This document shows positions 58,626 to 64,000 of a stretch of DNA of 64,000 bases, one piece after another. This DNA comes from Promethearchaeota archaeon (GTDB taxonomy: Archaea > Asgardarchaeota > Lokiarchaeia > Sigyniarchaeales > SOKP01), in assembly GCA_048938855.1 (NCBI GenBank), contig JBHLLT010000002.1, positions 352,001 through 416,000 of the forward strand, given 5' to 3'. The first letter of the stretch is position 1, and every line of letters begins with the position of its first letter. Under the pieces are notes generated by a model. It was not told where the DNA came from, searched no databases, and saw only the letters and a list, made by a program, of their open reading frames with translations. The position numbers and the translations under genes were made by a program.

Positions 58626-59040
58626 ATAATATTCCCCATTATATTAGGCAAATATTTTATGTTTAGTTAAAAGTATAATCACCTTAATATGTTCTTCTGG
58701 ATGTTCCATTATACTTACTTGTCAAATTTCTTAATAGTTTGACAAATGGGAAGGAAATGGGAAAGTTTATAAGGTGTCTCTATCTAATTTTATATAATGA
58801 GTTTTTCACAAAATAATAATACTACAGATAATAATTGCGGCTTACATGCATACGTAAAGCCAATCTTTATTCGTAGTATTATTAAGAGAGAATAAATCAA
58901 ACCTCTTAACCTTTTTCCTTTAATTTTTACTGATTTGTTCTCTTTTATAACTACATAACAATAAAGATTATTTGAAATAGGTTAATATTAGATTTGTTCC
59001 TCCTAAAGAAGGACTCAATTAAAAAAGGAGGTGAAATAGA

Positions 59041-59220
59041 CTGAAAGAAAAATCAGATAATATGGATCTGATATTAGAATATTATCAAGATTGGGATTCT
59101 TATAAGAGCCCAGTCATGATGTCATTCGATGCCCCAAATGAGTTTTCCGAAAGTCTTGAAGCTGAAGACGAACGAAGGATGAAATCTTTAAGGCAAAAAA
59201 TGAGTAGAAGACTGGGTTGA
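59041..59220 (+). CDS. Small acidic/basic protein (59 aa from CTG, or 52 aa from ATG 59062)
   Basis: Perfect RBS GGAGGTGA at 59027-59034; translation (M)KEKSDNMDLILEYYQDWDSYKSPVMMSFDAPNEFSESLEAEDERRMKSLRQKMSRRLG*. Confidence 0.6.
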   Translation: MKEKSDNMDLILEYYQDWDSYKSPVMMSFDAPNEFSESLEAEDERRMKSLRQKMSRRLG

Positions 59221-59268
59221 TAAAATTAAAACTTAATTATAAATTTTAAACAATTTTTTTTATTATTT

Positions 59269-60450
59269 TTATTTTAATAGTGGCTTTATACGATTTATTG
59301 CTTCAATTAACCTGTTTTCTGGTTGTGTTAAAGCAAATCTTACATATCCCTCTCCATATTGACCAAACCCAATTCCTGGCGTTGTTATTACCCCAATATC
59401 AATTAATTTCTTTACGAACTCCATACAACTAATATTTTTATAACTTTCAGGAATTTGAGTCCAAACATAAAATGTAGCTTGAGGTGTGTCAGTTATCCAA
59501 CCATTATCATTTAATCCTTTCACTAGGACATCTCTCCGCCGTTGATAAGTCTCCACTATCTTCTCCACTATTTCCGGTTTTTTTTCTGATTTATATTCAT
59601 TTAACCCTATTGCAACTGCTTTTTGAATAAATGTAGGACAACCAGAATCGATTTGAGATTTAACTTTTCTTAAACCTTTAACGATATCTTTATTACCCGC
59701 AACCCAACCACACCTGAATCCTGTCATATTAAACATTTTAGATGCACTATTAATTTCGATATGGTTAGGATCAATCTCTAATATTGATGGTGCAATGTAT
59801 TCTCCAAATGTAAACTCCGAATATGGATTGTCATGAACTATAATAAAATTGTAGTCTTCAGCATAATCCACAACTTTTTTAAGATAGACCTTAGGTATTG
59901 TTGCTCCTGTTGGATTATTAGGGTAATTTAAATACATTAATTTGGCTTTTCTAAGAACTTCTGTATCAATGGCATCTAAATCAGGTAAAAAATGATTCTC
60001 TTTTAATAAAGGCATTAAATAAGGTTCTGCATCACATAGTTTTGTGGCTCCATTCTCATAAACCGGATATCCTGGATTTGGGCATAGCACAATATCTCCT
60101 GGATTTATAAAGGCTCTAGCAATATTAGCAACACCTTCCTTACCTCCAATGACATTTGATACTTCATCTTTAGGTCTTAAATCCACATTAAACCTAATTT
60201 TATACCATTTTGCAACAGCTTCTCTAAAACTTTCTTCTCCCATACTAGCAGGATATTTCTGATTCTCGAGAATTTTAACTTGTTTTATTATCTCATTAAT
60301 GATCAATTCAGGAGTAGGTAAATCAGGGTCTCCTATTCCTAAAGGGATTAGATCAATTCCCTTCCTTTTCTTTTCTGCTATTATCTGTTCAATCTCAACA
60401 AAGACGTATATTGGTAGTCTTTTTATTCTCTCAGAATATTCTATTCTAAT
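59269..60450 (-). CDS. dapL: Class I/II PLP aminotransferase, LL-diaminopimelate aminotransferase-like; probable ATT start
   Basis: Upstream extension gives SERIKRLPIYVF...DLIPLGIGDPDLPTP; also NYPNNPTG, SASKMFNMTGFRCG and GEGYVRFAL. Confidence 0.8.
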   Translation of the reverse strand: MRIEYSERIKRLPIYVFVEIEQIIAEKKRKGIDLIPLGIGDPDLPTPELIINEIIKQVKILENQKYPASMGEESFREAVAKWYKIRFNVDLRPKDEVSNVIGGKEGVANIARAFINPGDIVLCPNPGYPVYENGATKLCDAEPYLMPLLKENHFLPDLDAIDTEVLRKAKLMYLNYPNNPTGATIPKVYLKKVVDYAEDYNFIIVHDNPYSEFTFGEYIAPSILEIDPNHIEINSASKMFNMTGFRCGWVAGNKDIVKGLRKVKSQIDSGCPTFIQKAVAIGLNEYKSEKKPEIVEKIVETYQRRRDVLVKGLNDNGWITDTPQATFYVWTQIPESYKNISCMEFVKKLIDIGVITTPGIGFGQYGEGYVRFALTQPENRLIEAINRIKPLLK

Positions 60451-60569
60451 TTAAAACACCTTCAATATAAAATTTGCTTTAGAAATATGTTAAATTATTC
60501 AATTAAAATGAAAAAATTTTCTTTATCAATTAAGAAAAATAAATGAAAAAAAAAATATTTAAGATTCTC

Positions 60570-61883
60570 CTAGGTGGTTCTTTCGAGATTAACTTCATAA
60601 TCTTTGGGATTCAAAGTAAAGAAAACACCCAAACCGATATTCATAATTATCGCCATAGTTAAGAAAAGAATAGCATAAATGAAGAATGCCTCTAGTCCTG
60701 CTAACACCCCGATTAAAATACTTGTTAATTGTAATCCGATTGTTGATCCAATATTTGTGAACGAATTACATGTAGCATAATAGGTACTATCCATTTCAGG
60801 ATATTGCTGTGATTCTTGACCTATGACAGCAGAAAATGCGGAATTTCTCCAACCAGCAGAAGATCCTAGTAGTAAGGAAAATATGAGTAATACAGGCCAA
60901 ACTATTGGTATTATAAATATCAAGAAAGAAATGGTGGTTAATATAAATGATGTGTAAACAGCTCGTTTTCTAGATTGTAAATCGGCTATTCTCCCTCCAA
61001 TTATAGCACCAGTAATTACCCCTAAACCAATAATTAAAGCTATTAGGGCTTGAGGAGCATATAAATCTTGGTGAGCTGGATCACCAATAAGATCCAATGA
61101 TGCCCCACTAGCAGAGACTAGACCCCATTGAATTAGAATAAAAAGAGGTACGACTACGAAAACAATTCCATCACAAAATGCGTTAAATAAAGAGAATGCA
61201 TATACTTTCCAATTTTTTCTTTTGCCAAAAATTATTTTAAGATTTCTTATGGCATTTATTTCTATTTTTTTTATTGATTCTTTAACTAGTAATATAGTAA
61301 ATGAAAAAATCATCATAGCAATACCTAGTCCTATAAATACTAACTCTACGAATCCTCCCGTCAATAATATTAAAATTACCAACAATGGACCACCAGCGAT
61401 TATACCAACAGACCTAAATCCCCAACAAATTCCTTGTACTCGTCCAAGCTTTTCTTTGGGGTATATATCTAAAATTAATCCATCTATGGCAGTATCACCC
61501 ATCGCAACTCCAATTACAATTAAGACTCCCAGAAATGTAACCAAAAATATTGCATTATTTGCTGTTAACAAAAATGGAAACATTACCCAAACTATACCTG
61601 AGAGTATAGATGGACCAATTATCCAGGGTTTTCTTCTTCCAAGGTTTCCCAAACCTATTTTATCGGACAAAATACCATAAATAAATTTTACCCCAAAGGG
61701 AAGAAGAACAATTGACATCATAGAAGCAATTTGACTTGAAGTTAAGGTTCCAGGAGGTAATACATAGAATAGAAAAATAGGAATAATTGTTGTAAACATC
61801 GATTGATTGATTCCTTGAACAAAGTAATTAAGTGAAAAAACTCCAATATTCAATTTTTTTAATTCTACCCCACTTTCTTCCAT
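60570..61883 (-). CDS. MFS transporter (AmpG/BT1-like)
   Basis: YFVQG, LPFGVKFIYGILSD, GRRKPWI and DTAIDG motifs; about 12 TMs. Confidence 0.85.
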   Translation of the reverse strand: MEESGVELKKLNIGVFSLNYFVQGINQSMFTTIIPIFLFYVLPPGTLTSSQIASMMSIVLLPFGVKFIYGILSDKIGLGNLGRRKPWIIGPSILSGIVWVMFPFLLTANNAIFLVTFLGVLIVIGVAMGDTAIDGLILDIYPKEKLGRVQGICWGFRSVGIIAGGPLLVILILLTGGFVELVFIGLGIAMMIFSFTILLVKESIKKIEINAIRNLKIIFGKRKNWKVYAFSLFNAFCDGIVFVVVPLFILIQWGLVSASGASLDLIGDPAHQDLYAPQALIALIIGLGVITGAIIGGRIADLQSRKRAVYTSFILTTISFLIFIIPIVWPVLLIFSLLLGSSAGWRNSAFSAVIGQESQQYPEMDSTYYATCNSFTNIGSTIGLQLTSILIGVLAGLEAFFIYAILFLTMAIIMNIGLGVFFTLNPKDYEVNLERTT

Positions 61884-62053
61884 ATTAATAACCTAAATTA
61901 ATCTATTTTTTATTAAAATTATAATTTAAAAAGTAATTTGTTTTTATGATTAATAATATTAATGGATTTTTATGGTGTAAATCTGAATTCTTTACCCCCA
62001 AATAGAGTCTTCTAATACTATGAAGAAGAGCGAAAAAAGTAAAAATTAGTATT

Positions 62054-62227
62054 TTATCTCGAAAAATCTCTCTGTATTTGGAGTTCCCGTTTGTAGAATT
62101 TAATTTGACTCTTTATAAACCTAAGCGGTCTTGGCTGTATTAGATGTTCATATTTCTGTAGATGATCTTCCAAAAGGTTAATGGCAAGCTCTAACTTACT
62201 AATTCTTTTTTGAGTTTGACTCATCAT
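62054..62227 (-). CDS. 57-aa helical-hairpin microprotein
   Basis: Manual translation MMSQTQKRISKLELAINLLEDHLQKYEHLIQPRPLRFIKSQIKFYKRELQIQRDFSR*, with two amphipathic helices. Confidence 0.6.
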   Translation of the reverse strand: MMSQTQKRISKLELAINLLEDHLQKYEHLIQPRPLRFIKSQIKFYKRELQIQRDFSR

Positions 62228-62428
62228 AATTTTATCTTACAACAAACACTTAAATTTATATTAATCGGGATTTAAGATGCATCAATTAAAAATTATTAGG
62301 GGCTTTAAATTTTATGGATTTTTACTAAGACTTTCGCTTCTTCTTATAAAATCTTCTCATAATATAATTAAATCATGAATTTTTTTATTTATTAAAAACT
62401 ATTTAAGGAACTTTCAAATTAGGGGACT

Positions 62429-63328
62429 ATGGTTGTTCAAATAACTTACCACTATAATAATGAAATTCTAGAGTGGCAATGGGCATCTGATAATGATTTG
62501 ATGCCATATCCTTATTTTACTTCTTGCTATTTAGTGGATGGTCTCCTAATTGATTCAGGTGCTCCTGGAGGAGCAAATGATCTTAAGCTATTCCTTGAAT
62601 CACTTAAACCTAATCAAATGATTGATAAATGTTTTATAACACATGCACATGAAGATCATGCTGGTGGTGCTCATATGATTCAAACTGAATTCGGAATACC
62701 AATATTTACCAGCAAAGAAACAGTAGATCTCTTAAAAAAGGGAAATACTTATCCTGAATATCGTCAATTAGCATGGGGTCCGAAATTATTACCAGTTGAT
62801 GCTAAAGAAATTAATGAACCAATAATAACTAAGGCAAAGAAATATAAGTTTGAATTATTCCCAATGATCGGCCATGCTTCAGAATTAGTTGCTTTAATTG
62901 AAAAAGAACAAAAATGGGCTTTTGTAGCTGATGCTGTGCAACCTAAATACAAGATGATTTTTGGTCGGAATAGCGACATCCAAGAAGATATATCTTTAAT
63001 ATATCAATCTCTTTCTAAGTTATATGAATTTACAGTGGGTATGGACAAATTACTAATCTTCTCTGCAGGAAATGGTGTACTCCAAGGAAGAAACATGATA
63101 AAAGAAAAGATGGAGGAGATTGAAAATTTATATACTAGAGTTCATCAGGAGCATAGTAAACTTCAGAAGGAAGGATTTAAAGAAAAAAAAATTACAAAAA
63201 AAATAGTTAAGAAAATATTCAAAAGAGAGAGTATTATTGGTCAATTAACTCTAGGTGACCTTTCTAGAGAAAATCTAATCCTTTCCCTATTAAAATGGGA
63301 AAAAAAAGAGGATTTAATTATTTTATAA
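62429..63328 (+). CDS. Metallo-beta-lactamase fold hydrolase
   Basis: LLIDSG, THAHEDHAGG, GH and AD motifs. Confidence 0.9.
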   Translation: MVVQITYHYNNEILEWQWASDNDLMPYPYFTSCYLVDGLLIDSGAPGGANDLKLFLESLKPNQMIDKCFITHAHEDHAGGAHMIQTEFGIPIFTSKETVDLLKKGNTYPEYRQLAWGPKLLPVDAKEINEPIITKAKKYKFELFPMIGHASELVALIEKEQKWAFVADAVQPKYKMIFGRNSDIQEDISLIYQSLSKLYEFTVGMDKLLIFSAGNGVLQGRNMIKEKMEEIENLYTRVHQEHSKLQKEGFKEKKITKKIVKKIFKRESIIGQLTLGDLSRENLILSLLKWEKKEDLIIL

Positions 63329-64000
63329 GTGTCTTGGAACGTTTATCTCAAGATCCGATATTGGATATGAGTAGCAAGGATGGAAATAATTAAATTTCTT
63401 ATCTGCAGCCTTTCTCCAATCACTAATTGGACTTATATATATATTTCCTGATATGAGAAGAGAACGACAGAATCCACATTCACCAGATCGACATTTTGAT
63501 GGAGGGGCAAGATTTGCTCTTTCCATCGCAACAAGAATTGATTCAGTAGCATTTGCAGGGATTTCTTGTATTTTATCTCCAATTTGAACTTTAATTCTAA
63601 ATGTTTTTTCAGCCAATTCTTTGGGATATCCAGAATAACTAATAATATCTTTTATTTCACCAAATGCCTCTCTACGAATTCGTTTTCTAGATACATCAAA
63701 TCTCTTCAATTCTTTTTCTACAAACTCATACATTACTTGGGGGCCACAGATGAAAACCGTACTATTCTTTACATCACAATATTTTTCAATAATATCACCA
63801 GTTATAAAACCAGATTCGCACCCTTTTAAAGAAACTACTTCACAACTTAGTATATGAATTATTTTTATTTTATCAGGGTATTCCTCCATGAGCTTATTAA
63901 ACTCCTCATAAAAGATAATATCATCTTCTTCACTACTGCCATAGAAAATAGTTAAATTAGCATCTATTTTACCTTCTATAATTGATTTAGCGATTGAACG
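63323..64000 (-). CDS. Ferredoxin-NAD(P) reductase-type protein with C-terminal 2Fe-2S domain (5' end outside the window)
   Basis: Frame is open to the window edge (RSIAKS...TIFYGS); FICGP, REAFG and CRSGECGFC...C motifs. Confidence 0.9.
   Translation of the reverse strand, partial: RSIAKSIIEGKIDANLTIFYGSSEEDDIIFYEEFNKLMEEYPDKIKIIHILSCEVVSLKGCESGFITGDIIEKYCDVKNSTVFICGPQVMYEFVEKELKRFDVSRKRIRREAFGEIKDIISYSGYPKELAEKTFRIKVQIGDKIQEIPANATESILVAMERANLAPPSKCRSGECGFCRSLLISGNIYISPISDWRKAADKKFNYFHPCYSYPISDLEINVPRHL

Noticed and set aside
61884-62428. Long intergenic region as SRP or RNase P RNA
   Set aside because: It has no GC-rich stems or conserved motifs, and a small ORF explains its centre.
630-63829. 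Many short ORF-track entries antisense to or overlapping long genes (for example 630..968, 2107..2355, 11945..12370, 14396..14623, 49159..49512, 61222..61680)
   Set aside because: These are shadow frames of well-supported genes, with no motifs or RBS of their own.
63889-64000. Possible frameshift or true start at 63889 in the reductase gene
   Set aside because: The frame is continuous to the window edge, so the gene is simply truncated by the window.

Overview
AT-rich (about 30% GC by eye) archaeal chromosomal window, most likely from an Asgard archaeon of the Lokiarchaeia/Promethearchaeota. The evidence is a Rab-like small GTPase, a longin-like protein, an archaeal proteasome alpha subunit, RFC genes, PolB2, GGTGA/GGAGG ribosome-binding sites and many fatty-acid metabolism genes. 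I list about 55 CDS, including five small ORFs missed by the ORF track. I found no tRNA, rRNA, CRISPR array or transposase. Highlights: (1) a three-gene RFC clamp-loader operon whose second small subunit lacks Walker B and sensor-2 but keeps its arginine finger, as in eukaryotic Rfc5, and whose large subunit has an internal rather than C-terminal PIP-like motif; (2) a 2853-aa almost wholly transmembrane protein with internal repeats; (3) a 1758-aa protein of about 15 three-helix units, with a recent 369-bp tandem duplication, at the end of a co-oriented run with a Rab-like GTPase, psmA and a winged-helix gene; (4) two conserved genes that apparently start at ATT, plus a candidate CTG start; (5) a split PolB2/inactive-RadA module in which both proteins end in PIP-like motifs; (6) a 7TM plus longin gene pair, a PC4-like protein and a tiny BssC-like 4-Cys protein. 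All family assignments come from motif recognition by eye; no database searches were run.
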